DNA from: Octopus sinensis
Lineage: Eukaryota
Length of the DNA: 64,000 nucleotides
Assembly (NCBI RefSeq): GCF_006345805.1
Contig: NC_043014.1
Coordinates: 28,148,001 to 28,212,000, forward strand
Reading direction: 5' to 3'
The notes beneath the pieces are model-generated. The model worked only from the letters and a program-made list of their open reading frames with translations. It had not been told where the DNA came from and made no database searches. A program made the translations under genes and the position numbers. Positions 26,001 through 36,119 of the stretch are shown here, piece by piece (the first letter of the stretch is position 1; every line of letters begins with the position of its first letter).

Positions 26001-29000
26001 ATATCTCAGACTAAATTATCCAATGTGCCTTACTTTCGTTTTTTTAGGCCAGTAGAATTTGATTTGAAAGAGATTTGACTGCTATTTCTAGTTGGTGGAA
26101 TGGACATGTAGAGACTTCTGGTCTTTTGGATAAAATCAGTCTAGTGCTTTTTTGCAGATTTTACAACTGATAGGCTGAAGTTCAGTTTTAAATGGAATTT
26201 TGATTAACAACAAAACATAAATGTTTGTTCTTGTTCCACCTTTGTCATTAATTATTGTGCAATAATCAATCAACTTCAGCACAGATAATACAGAATGATG
26301 TAGATTGACACTTATGATAAGTAGTATGCCGTGAGTACTGAAAGCATGTTTTAAGCATTATTGCAATATGGTACATTTGAATATTGTTTCATAGGACAGA
26401 TGCCATATGTTTAAATGACATACTATGTTTATAAATAATGACAAAATGTGAAATAAATGATTAAGAAATATATTGGACTACCCTAATTTCCAAATATCTT
26501 GAATATATACACTTGCCTTTAGATAGTGACTATCTAAATTGGAAAATAACATTATTTCCTGTAGCCAAATAGAAGGAGCAATATTACTGATAGCTCATGA
26601 GCAGTAGAGCTTTCTGACAGGATAAATTAGTGCATTAGAGCTTAAAAAGTTTACTGGAGTTTGCTTGTGAGCAAGTAATTGAATGTTCCTCTGGGTATCA
26701 GATTTTGGTATGAATATGATAATAAAAGAAGAATTGAAAGGTGTGTGTATATATATACTGGACATTGAAAAAGTTAATTTTCCCTTTTTTCTTATATCAA
26801 ATGAAATTTTTTTTCCTTTCCAGTTTAGCTGAACTTAAGAAAAAAGATGAAGAGAAGAGAGCTCTTGAACATTCCAAAAACGAATTAGAATCCTACATAT
26901 TTGACATGCAAGATAAGTTATCACAAGAAGATTATATTCAGTGTTCAACCGAGGAACAGAGGGAAGCTATTAGAAAAGAATGTTCAGACAGTTCTGATTG
27001 GCTCTATGAGCAAGATGATAGCACCAAAACAGAGGTAAAATTATAAAAAAAAAACCCAGATTTTGTTGTTAGTTTTACTTCTGAATTTCATAGTACAAGG
27101 ATCAGTTTTGAAGCAAGTTCTTATGTCTGGTTTTAATTCCATGTTGGTTACACTTTTTTCTTGATCAATTATTCCACTTATTAAAGGCAAGCATACCACA
27201 ACTTTGCATTTCATACCAACTTGATAAATCTAACCCAAATGCAGTGTCATTTTTTTTAATATTGTCATTACATTGTTGTAACTCTTATATGAGGCTTGTA
27301 TTATTCTCAACCCACCAAAACAATATAAGTGCACATTCCTCTTCCACTCAATGCTTGAGTGATTTGATTGTTCACAAGCATAGGATGGTTGGATTTAAAA
27401 AAAATTTTTTGTTTTACAACTTTAATCTAATTTACTTCTATCAGCCTAATTAGAAAATAAATTGAAATTAATTTTATGTAAGGCTACTGCTCTAAGAATA
27501 TATGTAAATACATATTAAATGCTGATTCATCAAACCTAATGCATCCAATATTAGAATAAGACCTCTTTAAAACCTTTAGACAGCAATGCACAATATATAA
27601 CTTTGTTTAATTTCATTTAATGTCATCTTAGTTTAATTTCATCTAAAGTCATTGGCAAAGATTGACCATCACCATTTCTCATACTCTACATTCATGTAAT
27701 TATTATATTATCCTTATGTCAAATGAAAATCATAGTGTGAACATACAATTGTATTTACACTAAGTTTAGACACATTTGTTTTATCCCATAACTGGAACCC
27801 TAACAAGTGCTACTACTCTGGGTCAGAATAGACCAGGGAACAATAGTGGATAAGAAATGGTTCCACACTCTTGAAAACCCTGGAACTCCCAAACCAGAGT
27901 CCCATGACCAGATGTAATTTAGTCATACTCAAGACAAACAGATACACAAATATATATACATATATATATATAAACATCAGAATTCCTGTTATGATTTCTC
28001 AAGCTAAAAATGGAGCATGTTGTGCCTAAATTTCATTTGAATAAACAATTATGGAAAGTGAGTAACGTAAATTGTACTGTATGGCTTTCTTAATTCATTT
28101 AACTTATATAAACAATATATATGAAATATGTTACAAATGTTTGACTTTAACAATATATGTATATATATTTTTCTTTTTTTTCTTTTGGAAGGAATATGTA
28201 AAACGTTTGAATATACTAAAGGCAGCGTCAAAGGATCTCTTGTTTCGAGTGAAAGAAATGAGAGACCGACCAGTAATGCTAGACACTTTAAAGTCTCTAT
28301 TAAACCATACAGAATATTTTTATAAAAATCTTTATAATCATACTTTTGGAGATGATCCTGTATTCACCCAGGTAGAAGTGAATACTCTTGGTAAACTCAT
28401 CAATGAGACCTATGTGAGTAAAATATTTAAAGAATTTTTTTTCATTTGTTATTTTAGTTTCTTCAATATTTTCTATAGTAGTAGTGTGTGAATTGATGAA
28501 GACAAGATTTCTGGATCATTAATTATACTTATAAATTCAAACTTTATGATAAAATTTGTTGTGTTCTTAAGTGAGATGCATATATACATCTTTGGTTTAC
28601 ATGTATCACCTCAGAATTGTTAGGTTGCTTGAAGGATACACAAATGAACACATTTACAAAATTCATATCTTTTGTGGGTATAAAACAGTATTAAAATGAA
28701 CATCTTTTTCTTTTCCCCTTAAATTATCCATCTCTTTCTCTCTCCTTTTTTCACTCCCATATACATGTGTTTGTATATGCATATCTCATTGGTAGTTGTC
28801 ATTAATTACAGTTACTTGGCTTACTTACAAAGCATAAATTCTCAGATTCTCACTGCACATTTATAATTTCTGTTGTTTTCTCATCTCAAGTGATCTCTGA
28901 TTCACTGGTGATGTGAACTACTTGATTAACCTTTTAGCATTCAGATCACTCTGTCTAATGTAATGCTTATTTCTTCACAGTATTTTCAATTAATTGTACA

Positions 29001-32000
29001 TTATCTCATAGCTTTGAGATTTTGATGATGTGATATGATATGCTTGAGAAGACCTGTTGAGTCAAGTAAAACCAAAATTGTAGCTGTGGCCAGTGCCCCC
29101 TGACTGGCTTTCGTTCTGGTGGTATATATAATGCATCATCCGAATGTCATCTGTGCCAGTGGCATGTAAAAAGCACTATCCAAACATGATCAATGCCAAG
29201 TCTGCCCGACTGGCTCCTGTGCCAGTGGCACGTAAAAAGCACTACCCAAATGTGATCAATGCCAGGCCCACCTGACTGGCTCCTGTGCTAGTGGCACGTA
29301 AAAAGCACCCACTACACTCTCAAAGTGGTTGCTGTTAGGAAGGGCATCCAGCTGAAGAAACATTGATCAGATTGGAGCCTGGTGCAACCACTGGCTCTCC
29401 AGACCTCAGTCAAACTGTCCAACCCATGCCAGCATGGAAAACGGACATTAAATGATGATGAAACAGGAATAGAAGTTATATCTGTGTCAATGGTAAAATA
29501 GAGATCATGTTGCACGAAACATGTCAACAGTTGAGTGTGGTGAATTAGTACCTGTTGTTTAGTCTCAGGTCAGCTCAGTCAGTTGTGGCCATCATACCTT
29601 TTTTCAGAAATAGTGTATTTAAGACTATCTTATGTATTGATTTAGAGATGCTATAATGCAATACAAAGTTGGGCTGCTGTTTCTAGCAAGTTGAGCTATC
29701 ACCAGTATTAACTAGTGGAGAATTGGTATATTTGTATATGAGTTTTCATTATTTTTTTCCTAATTTTCAAGGTGCACAGGCCACCACAGTAACTTCCCAG
29801 ATCTGCCCTCTTTCAGCAACCAAGTTCTTATCTTTAGTTTTATATTAAGATTTTTCTCACTCACTGCATCTACTTTAAATGGTTTTACTTTACATTTCAG
29901 GCTTGGCGCAAAAACATATTAGCAGAACAAGCAAAAACTCCACTGCATGAGAAACCTAAATTATTAACTGAAGATATAGCTCTTAAAATTAGGGACTTGG
30001 ATAGAGAGGTGAACTACTTAGTCTATAAGGCAAAAAGTTATAGACCAAAACCGAAGGTGAAACCTGATGCAACTAATACTACCAATTCCACAGAAAAAGC
30101 AGATAGCGAGAAAGTCAAAACAGATAGTGACACTGAAAGTAAGTTCATAAATGTTTCTACTTTCTTTTTTTGAATATATGTGTGTGTGTGTGACAAAATA
30201 TTGGCTTTGAGTGATTAAGATAATGATATATAGATAAAATAGTATGTTCTACAGCAATTGTAAATGTATTCTTGAAAATGTGTTGGAAATTTTAAGATAT
30301 ACAAAAGCATTCCAGCCATGATTATTTGGTCTTTTTTTCTCAGGACTACATTGTTCACTGTATCCTTCCATATTTAACATTGCAATGTGTGGTTTGATGG
30401 AGATTTGGCAGTTACTTTTTGCAATTCAGTCAGCCATATGGAGAAGCCCATGTGCTGGTTCAAATTCATTCTGTTACAGTACAGGTGTTCACTTACATTT
30501 TGGTTCTGTATAGATCACAAAAAAACAATAATGTTTACACAGAATAGAGAGCCATACTCGTGTGGTGCCTCACATATTTGATATGCACGCTGAAAAAGGA
30601 TGTTCTTTTTATTTTGGACCAACATTTCTTCTCAGCTAAGAACTAGATGTACTGCTGTTGGGTTGGTCTTGATAACCTTAGAGTAAGAAGCAACAGTTTT
30701 CAACAGCAATGCTTAACATATTTTGTATTTAAAAATATGTTTTTAATAAAATCACACACTACTGATCTGTAACTGTGTCAGTACTATAATAAAAATTAAA
30801 CTTCTTTCTGGGTGTTGACCTTGATATTGAATAAGTCATGTGAATGAGCATGCAATGGCTGTTGCAAGTCTATGCATGCCTGCAACTTAATGGTGATTAA
30901 TAGTGATGTCTTTCATCATTGTCATTTAATGTCTGTCCTCCATGCTGGAATTGGTGGAATGGTTTGACAAGAGCTGGCAAGGCCAGAAGCCACAAATTCC
31001 ATTCTCTGTTTTGACATGGTTTCTACAGCTTGATACTCACAGAACGTACTGGCACAATCACCAGTGCTTTTTATGTGGTACCATCACCAGTGCTTTTTAT
31101 GTGGTACCATCGCCAGTGCTTTTTACGTGGTACCATCACCAGTGCTTTTTACGTGGTACCATCACCAGTGCTTTTTACATGGTACTATCACCAGTGCTTT
31201 TTACGTGGTACCATCGCCAGTGCTTTTTACGTGGTACCATCACCAGTGCTTTTTACGTGGTACCATCACCAGTGCTTTTTACATGGTACCATCACCAGTG
31301 CTTTTTAAGTCGCACCAGCACCTCTGCATTTTATGTGACATCAACACTGATAGGATCACCAAGTACTTTGCAAAACAAAATCTCAGTTAGGAAAGGAGAG
31401 TAGTATTGAGTGGGTGTGGCTTTGTACCAGACAAGAAATTAAAGATGTAGAGGGACAGATATAGGTGTTTTGCTGTAGAGTGGATATGTGGATGGCCCAG
31501 TTGGAAAAGAAAGGAGTGATAATGGGAGAGAAATGATGGCAAAAATGTTTCAGGACATGCCCTTGAGGGACATTCAGGGTGGTGAGATTAGGTGAGGTAA
31601 TGTAGAGGCTTGGGCTGGGTGAGTGTGCAGGATGAGGTAACTGTAGCAAATGATGGAGAGAAATGTAGGAGAGGCTCAGTGATGAGAGTTGTGGGTTTTG
31701 TGTGAGGGCATTGAGGATAAACAAGACCTTAATGATGGAGAGCAGCACAGGGAGGAGAGAAAAGTTGCTGAAAGGAGGTGATTGGTGAAGACAGCAGGTA
31801 GGGGAAGAAAGAGACCTAAGAAGGCCAGGGGATGTAGTATGTGCCTATCCTACTCTCAGGTGATAGAGGAAGTGATGGGACAGAGAGGATGGAGGTAAGC
31901 ATTGATTTGTACAAGACTTTTGGATTAGTTTCTTTGTTATTTATTGGTCTACTGTCGTGTTCTACCCAATGCTTGCTGGAATGCTTTTATATTCATAGCT

Positions 32001-32619
32001 TGAAGCTGTAATTCATTTAACTGTTTTAGCAAACGTCCAGTCAGTTTAGTATCAATGAAAATGTGTCAAATAGATGTTGTTACCCAAGTACCCTATAATA
32101 TTTTTTATGCTTCTGAGACTAATGGCAGAAGAAATTGATGCTCAGGCAGTAGACCTGACACAGCTACTTTCAACTTAGTGAATGCTGCGAAAGGCACACC
32201 AAAGGCTAGGTGGTGGTATTAAAATGAACAGCAGATTAAAAATAACAGGCACAGCTCTTCCAATGGGCTTTTATATAGTTCCTAATAATTTTCACAGGAC
32301 TTCATGCACTAATTAAGTGGTTTCAACCACTTAATTAGTGAATTTCTTATGCATCCACAATTTCCTTGTCATGGAACATAATTATGATTCAAATTGATCT
32401 CTTCATCTGATTTGATCTGATCCTATGAATATCCCTTTACATTCTCAGTTAAAATCTTGCTAGAGTTGAGTTTTCTATTCATTTGTGGCCTTGTACCTAA
32501 AGGTGTAAATCATTGTTTTCATTTCAGAAACCACTACTGATTCCCAAGACACTGCTGACTCACAAACTGACAAAAAATCTGAAAAGAAGCCACCACACAG
32601 GAATGATGGAGAATTGTAA
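3119..32619 (+). CDS. HYOU1: Hypoxia up-regulated protein 1 (GRP170/ORP150), 5'-partial, 18 coding exons visible
   Basis: The spliced exons give one continuous 835-aa frame matching recalled HYOU1 motifs: [94 protein letters not shown]. It has a charged loop, several N-glycosylation sequons and a C-terminal xxEL. All 17 introns are GT-AG and phases are consistent. Confidence 0.96.
4460..5060 (+). mobile_element. Decayed RTE-clade LINE 3' fragment (second RTE lineage)
   Basis: Degenerate translation [61 protein letters not shown] matches the RTE ORF C-terminus (RWFGH / RGRP / W.D.V / R..W). Boundaries are approximate. Confidence 0.75.
5385..5513 (+). CDS. HYOU1: HYOU1 visible exon 2
   Basis: cag| [43 protein letters not shown] |gt; 129 nt. 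Confidence 0.95.
5942..7472 (-). mobile_element. 5'-truncated RTE-clade LINE with RT, C-terminus, 3' UTR and (ATG)n tail
   Basis: Minus strand gives [14 protein letters not shown] (RT), LHGSETW and [24 protein letters not shown], with the ORF stop at 6421. A ~480-nt 3' UTR ends in gttaaatgatgatgatga. Several frameshifts are present. Confidence 0.9.
7696..7800 (+). CDS. HYOU1: HYOU1 visible exon 3
   Basis: tag| [35 protein letters not shown] |gtgagt; 105 nt. Confidence 0.95.
7935..8300 (-). mobile_element. Decayed RTE 3' UTR fragment
   Basis: ccatgctgatatgggttg and gagtgctttttaaagtggcaccag motifs shared with 5942-6420. Confidence 0.6.
9031..9100 (+). CDS. HYOU1: HYOU1 visible exon 4
   Basis: cag| [24 protein letters not shown] |gtaagt; 70 nt. 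Confidence 0.92.
10000..10530 (+). mobile_element. Tc1-family transposase remnant
   Basis: Degenerate [26 protein letters not shown]...W...GGSVLIWAA...[20 protein letters not shown] resembles a DD34E transposase. Confidence 0.8.
10617..10805 (+). mobile_element. RTE 3' UTR fragment with (GAT)n tail, followed by (TA)n(TG)n microsatellite
   Basis: aaaaagcattc..ggaagggcatccagc..gttaaatgatggtgatgatg, the reverse complement of the 5942 tail. Confidence 0.75.
11078..11399 (+). CDS. HYOU1: HYOU1 visible exon 5
   Basis: cag| [10 protein letters not shown]...[12 protein letters not shown]...[11 protein letters not shown] |gtaag; 322 nt. Confidence 0.96.
11488..11570 (+). CDS. HYOU1: HYOU1 visible exon 6
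   Basis: tag| [28 protein letters not shown] |gtaagt; 83 nt, after an 88-nt intron. Confidence 0.96.
12585..12717 (+). CDS. HYOU1: HYOU1 visible exon 7
   Basis: tag| [44 protein letters not shown] |gtaag; 133 nt. Confidence 0.96.
12925..13060 (+). mobile_element. Decayed tRNA-derived SINE 5' part (family C)
   Basis: catggcaccttgggcaggtgtctt...ggaatctggtagatgcaaact matches the 54578 and 63476 copies. Confidence 0.65.
15757..15957 (+). mobile_element. tRNA-derived SINE (family B)
   Basis: B-box-like gagttcaaattc, then cctttcatcctttcaggattgataaattaagtaccag and a (tat)n tail; a more decayed copy is at ~36310-36450. Confidence 0.75.
16252..16424 (+). CDS. HYOU1: HYOU1 visible exon 8
   Basis: tag| VEFKRQK...[44 protein letters not shown] |gtaag; 173 nt. 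Confidence 0.95.
16797..17665 (-). mobile_element. RTE LINE 3' end with long pyrimidine-rich 3' UTR (subfamily 2)
   Basis: (ATG)n tail at 16797. A decayed RTE C-terminus lies at 17425-17665. The segment between them is shared with 31380-31915 and 17740-17990. Confidence 0.75.
18032..18173 (+). CDS. HYOU1: HYOU1 visible exon 9
   Basis: cag| [19 protein letters not shown]...[19 protein letters not shown] |gt; 142 nt. Confidence 0.95.
18433..18647 (+). mobile_element. piggyBac-like MITE (TTAA-CCCTTTAGCATT...AATGCTAAAGGG-TTAA)
   Basis: TIRs with TTAA at both ends; ~215 bp; the body is shared with eight other copies in the window. Confidence 0.85.
19745..19808 (+). CDS. HYOU1: HYOU1 visible exon 10
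   Basis: cag| [21 protein letters not shown] |gtatgt; 64 nt. Confidence 0.92.
19944..20065 (+). mobile_element. Decayed SINE family C 5' fragment
   Basis: gattcaatcccattccatggcaccttagaaaagcgttttc. Confidence 0.5.
20139..20746 (-). mobile_element. RTE LINE 3' end (ORF terminus plus 3' UTR with three internal gtgctttttacgtgcc repeats)
   Basis: Colinear with 5942-6520, including the ORF-end segment cttggtctttcgtcattgcctctg..gaaggtcatgctt. Confidence 0.88.
22025..22095 (+). CDS. HYOU1: HYOU1 visible exon 11
   Basis: tag| [24 protein letters not shown] |gtgag; 71 nt; matches the recalled KLGNTISSLFGG motif. Confidence 0.93.
22521..22690. repeat. Unclassified interspersed repeat (family F)
   Basis: tgaccatcccatc...gatttgagggagattt(g)gctgctatttcta recurs in decayed form near 4100, 21715, 25550, 25950, 29560, 30300, 43960 and 56760. 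Confidence 0.6.
23244..23357 (+). CDS. HYOU1: HYOU1 visible exon 12 (charged loop, phase 0-0)
   Basis: cag| [38 protein letters not shown] |gt; 114 nt. Confidence 0.85.
23409..23614 (+). mobile_element. piggyBac-like MITE, decayed copy
   Basis: cattcagattact...gtttaaatgctaag; TIRs eroded. Confidence 0.75.
23762..24391. repeat. Long inverted duplication: arms 23762-23957 / 24120-24315 and 24034-24104 / 24317-24391
   Basis: Hand alignment gives 12 mismatches in 196 bp for the first pair and a near-perfect ~72-bp second pair. Confidence 0.95.
25002..25133 (+). CDS. HYOU1: HYOU1 visible exon 13 (charged loop, phase 0-0)
   Basis: tag| [44 protein letters not shown] |gtatgt; 132 nt. Confidence 0.86.
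25288..25418 (+). CDS. HYOU1: HYOU1 visible exon 14
   Basis: tag| [44 protein letters not shown] |gtaagt; 131 nt. Confidence 0.92.
26824..27034 (+). CDS. HYOU1: HYOU1 visible exon 15
   Basis: cag| [32 protein letters not shown]...[14 protein letters not shown] |gt; 211 nt. Confidence 0.95.
27805..27935 (+). repeat. Short interspersed repeat (unclassified SINE-like)
   Basis: actactctgggtcagaatagaccaggg...ccagatgtaatttagtcatactcaagaca; recognised only as a recurring octopus-type repeat. Confidence 0.4.
28192..28413 (+). CDS. HYOU1: HYOU1 visible exon 16
   Basis: aag| [10 protein letters not shown]...RVKEMRDRP...LLNHTE...[17 protein letters not shown] |gtgagt; 222 nt. Confidence 0.94.
28926..29035 (+). 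mobile_element. piggyBac-like MITE, 5' half, truncated by an RTE 3' UTR
   Basis: ttaaccttttagcattcagatcactctgtc...gatgatgtgat, abutting the RTE copy. Confidence 0.75.
29036..29461 (+). mobile_element. RTE 3' UTR copy with internal 66-bp tandem repeats
   Basis: ctgtgcyagtggcaygtaaaaagcac at 29151, 29217 and 29283; ends acattaaatgatgatg. Confidence 0.85.
29901..30138 (+). CDS. HYOU1: HYOU1 visible exon 17
   Basis: cag| [45 protein letters not shown]...DSDTE |gtaagt; 238 nt. Confidence 0.95.
30914..31915 (-). mobile_element. RTE subfamily 2 3' UTR containing a 26-bp minisatellite
   Basis: catcattgtcatttaatgtc tail, VNTR, then a segment homologous to 16985-17420. Confidence 0.75.
31057..31308. 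repeat. 26-bp minisatellite, ~10 copies (atcaccagtgctttttacgtggtacc)
   Basis: Units start at 31057, 31083, 31109, 31135, 31161, 31187, 31213, 31239, 31265 and 31291, with no spacers. Confidence 0.97.
32528..32619 (+). CDS. HYOU1: HYOU1 terminal coding exon
   Basis: cag| [33 protein letters not shown]; 92 nt; phase matches the previous exon. Confidence 0.9.
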
Positions 32620-33240
32620 CAATAGTCTTCTTTAGCATTACATACTGAAGGATGAATGTGCTTGTTTGTGTGATTGTTTGGTATATAAGTGTGAATGTTT
32701 ATGTGTACATGTCATTGTGTGAACATATAGACATCTAATCTATCTATTCCTGAAAGACAATTTCTGGTTGACTGTTTAGAATCCATGAAACCGGATTCAT
32801 AATGGTTTTCTGTTGTTTCCCTCTCCTTTTAAATTAAAACAAAACTGAAGATCTTCTAACTTTCTCTTCAATGTTTGTGTTGTATTTGACTAACTTGTTA
32901 CTTCATTGTAGCAAAACCTGCTACCTCTCCACTTGAAGTCTAAGACAAGTTTTCTGGATAGTCTCATCTTATAGCATTCCTCTATATCCTTAGGGTGGAG
33001 AAAGAAAAAAAAAAACAAAAGAAAATTATAATTAGTAATATTTATTATACACACATATATAGTTTACAAACATGTACATTTTCACCGTCACTTCCTGACA
33101 TCACATTCTTAAGATAATTTTTATTTTGCATCTAAATATCCTTTCAATGAAGTAGTTTGGACATAATATGTAGAATTTAAAGATAAAGGTTATTTCTTTA
33201 ATGACTGTCCCTGCACAAATTGTGTAGGAAATTGTTAAAA

Positions 33241-33318
33241 CACTGAACCTCATCTAATGGATCAAATGTTTCTTAGTAACACTGAACCTCATCTAATGGA
33301 TCAAATGTTTCTTAGTAA
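33241..33318. repeat. Perfect 39-bp tandem duplication in the putative HYOU1 3' UTR
   Basis: cactgaacctcatctaatggatcaaatgtttcttagtaa twice (33241-33279, 33280-33318). Confidence 0.95.
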
Positions 33319-34049
33319 AGGGTTGTCAGTTTTTGTCACCGGTGCTACAGTTTGTTCTTCAAGACACTTATCTCTACTTGGCTTAGTTTCTATTGCTGAA
33401 AGTTAACTAAGGTTGGGAGTAGACAGGACAGTCCATGAGTAATGAAATTGTTCTCTTATTTATACATCTCATCACCAACGTCCATACTTGACTCCTAAGT
33501 TGTATTTAACTTACCTTTATAATTGTTTGTATGTATCAAGAAAACTTGTCTTCTTTTTCTTGTGGACATCACACTAATATCAAATTTTAAATAATTTATT
33601 CTTTGGAAATAAATTATTTCTATTTGAACAAACTAACCAAAATGAAATTTCTGTTTTAGTTAACAATTTTGCAGTTTTCCTTTCCCTTTGATATTTCTTC
33701 AAAGGAAGTGTTAAAATTTGAGGTGATACTACTTTCCTGGGGTTCTATAATCCAGTATATTTAGATTAGTATGATTATCTGTACAGCAGGACATCATGTG
33801 TAGTGCCATTGTAATCAGGACATATTTTGACAATTTCCAAATCTGTTAAACTTTTGATAGCAGTTTAGTAAGGACCAAAATTCAGATTAGACTTGTGTCA
33901 GCATGTACATTATTTTCTATGGTAGACATGCATTTTTATTAATAATTATGAGCTGGTCTGGTGGTGGATAACTATCTCATTACTCATATCAACCACAAAT
34001 CAGATATTCATCCATTAAACAGGCTTTTCATTGCTAGCTTTTGGCTTTA

Positions 34050-35050
34050 CATTGTTGACAAATTTTTAAACTGCATAAATTTTCCACTGAATTTTGAGAG
34101 TTTGTTCTCTGGATTTGAACATAACTGGTAATATGGTTAACTTCTGATGTGTCACTATTAAATTAGGTATTGTGAAGCCAGAAGATTATAAGTGTGGTTG
34201 TACATTCAGTATTCTTATTTGATGGAATAGATGGTCTTCAGCTCCATCTTAAGGCAACCTGCTGCCACTTGAAGTTCTGTATTTTGAACAACTTTCAATT
34301 TTTTGTGTGCTGTGTCTGGTCTTAGTAGATTCTATGTTGGGCTTACATGATTGATTGAGAATTGTTTGCCAAATTGCTATAATTGTTAATTTGTCCTGTT
34401 TCCAAATATTAACATCTAACATATCATTCTCCTACAGCTACAATGTATGGAGAAAATGAACATTGAATCAAATATGAATTGTAGTATTTTGGGTTGTTGC
34501 CCTAGAGATAGTGTATGGCCAGAAACCTGAACTTGGAGGCGATGGTAACTGGGCAGTTTGAGGAGTGAAAAAAGTCAGTTGATTTTGATACTGAGAGTTG
34601 TCCTCTACCATCAAAAAACCCATTTAGCTTAGACAGGTATTGTTCAGCATATAGGCAGCCAAGTCTGGTTCAGGGTTTGAACCAAAAACTAAAATTGTAT
34701 TTATTGCTCATAAATTTACTGTCAGAAGTTGGTGTTTTTGGAGATAAAAGTGAAGATGTGCAGTTTCCCTAGATAAGTCCCAATCTCATAAGTCTGCCTT
34801 TAGATATCAACTATTAGAACTTGGTTGCATTCAAATACAATTCTTGCTGTCTTATAATATTCTTTGAAATTGTGTTATTTTGAGGATCTTCTAACAAGAT
34901 ACAGATATCAACCATATCAAAAGTTTTAGTCAAATCTATGCTACAGTCACTTTTGTGAAATGGAGTGGTGAGGTCTTTTTTTTTTTATCTCTGGTTAAAT
35001 TTGACTAATGGATATGAAGAGTTGCAGGTGTTCTGAAATTATACAGTGTT
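34050..35050 (-). mobile_element. Highly decayed I/Nimb-like LINE reverse transcriptase remnant
   Basis: Minus strand gives IDLTKTFDMV (34936-34910, cf. DLxKAFDxV) and KLKVVQNTELQVAAGC (34302-34255, cf. KLQxxQNxALRxxTGC). Confidence 0.6.
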
Positions 35051-35393
35051 GAGGCCTTAATCTATGCTGAGTCTCTTTTCCTTTAATATTCAGTATCCTT
35101 TCAATTCCACATTACTCAGATCATCAACCTCTAACAAGTCAGTCACTATTTATAAATAAGTGATTATTACTAATTCAACCTGAAAACAACTGAACTGAAG
35201 AACCGTACCTTATCTTCCCTACATAAATCCTCAGGACTTTTCTTAAGGATTATTTTTAATTAGTTGCTCAACACTATTATGTCTTCACTATTTCCAGTTA
35301 AAATTTGTCATCATTAATACCTCAATGTGTAGTTCATAGGACTATGAAAACCAGACATAATACATTGGTTCATTTTGAAATTCATTATCATGC

Positions 35394-35615
35394 TTAAGCC
35401 TTCAGCATTCACATTACTCTGTCAAATGTTAGGCTTATTTATTCACATTGTTTTGAATTGATTGTGCATTATCTTATACCTTAGCAATTTTGATGAGGTA
35501 ACTTAATTTTTTGAAATTGTAGGGTTGATATGAGAGGCCACATCTGGTCAGTTTTAACATAAAACAGGTATAAAATTTTGGCCAGATATAGCTGATTTAA
35601 ATGCTAAAGGGTTAA
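35394..35615 (+). mobile_element. piggyBac-like MITE
   Basis: ttaagccttcagcattc...aaatgctaaagggttaa. Confidence 0.85.
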
Positions 35616-35905
35616 AGACAAATAGAAATGGAAGGCAAGAAAGGTTTGTTAGATAAGAAATAAAATGTTAAGTTTCTTTGCTTAGTGGCTCTAAAGGCTG
35701 AAGCTCAAAGATTCAATTTAGCTCTTCTAATGTCTTAGCTGGTAGGTAGCATTATCTAATAGTTCATATAATTATCAAGATTATATATTATTCCGGCTTT
35801 CTAAGATGAAACCAATGACATATAGTATATAAGATAATTCCCCCCTTATTTCTGAGTTTGTTTTATGCAAAGTTTTAGTAGCTGCCAACTGCTTTAGTGC
35901 TATGC

Positions 35906-36119
35906 AATCCTTAACATTCAGATTACTCGTCAAATGTAATGCTTAATTATTTACATTGTTTTGAATTAATCTTGCAGAGTTGAGGCCTCTATAATGTGGT
36001 TGTATATTTTTAGAATGACATTGTAGGTTTGGTGTGAGAGGCAAGATCTGGTCACCTTCAACATAAAACAAAGGGAATATTTGGGCCAGATATGGTCTGT
36101 TTAAATGCTGAAGGGTTAA
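35906..36119 (+). mobile_element. piggyBac-like MITE
   Basis: aatccttaacattcagattactc...aaatgctgaagggttaa. Confidence 0.85.

Noticed and set aside
31057-31308. CRISPR-like array
   Set aside because: Units are head-to-tail with no unique spacers, derive from an RTE 3' UTR motif, and lie in a eukaryotic intron with no cas genes.
30942-31403. Three overlapping ORFs (153, 92, 108 aa) with repeated peptides
   Set aside because: Produced by the stop-free 26-bp minisatellite.
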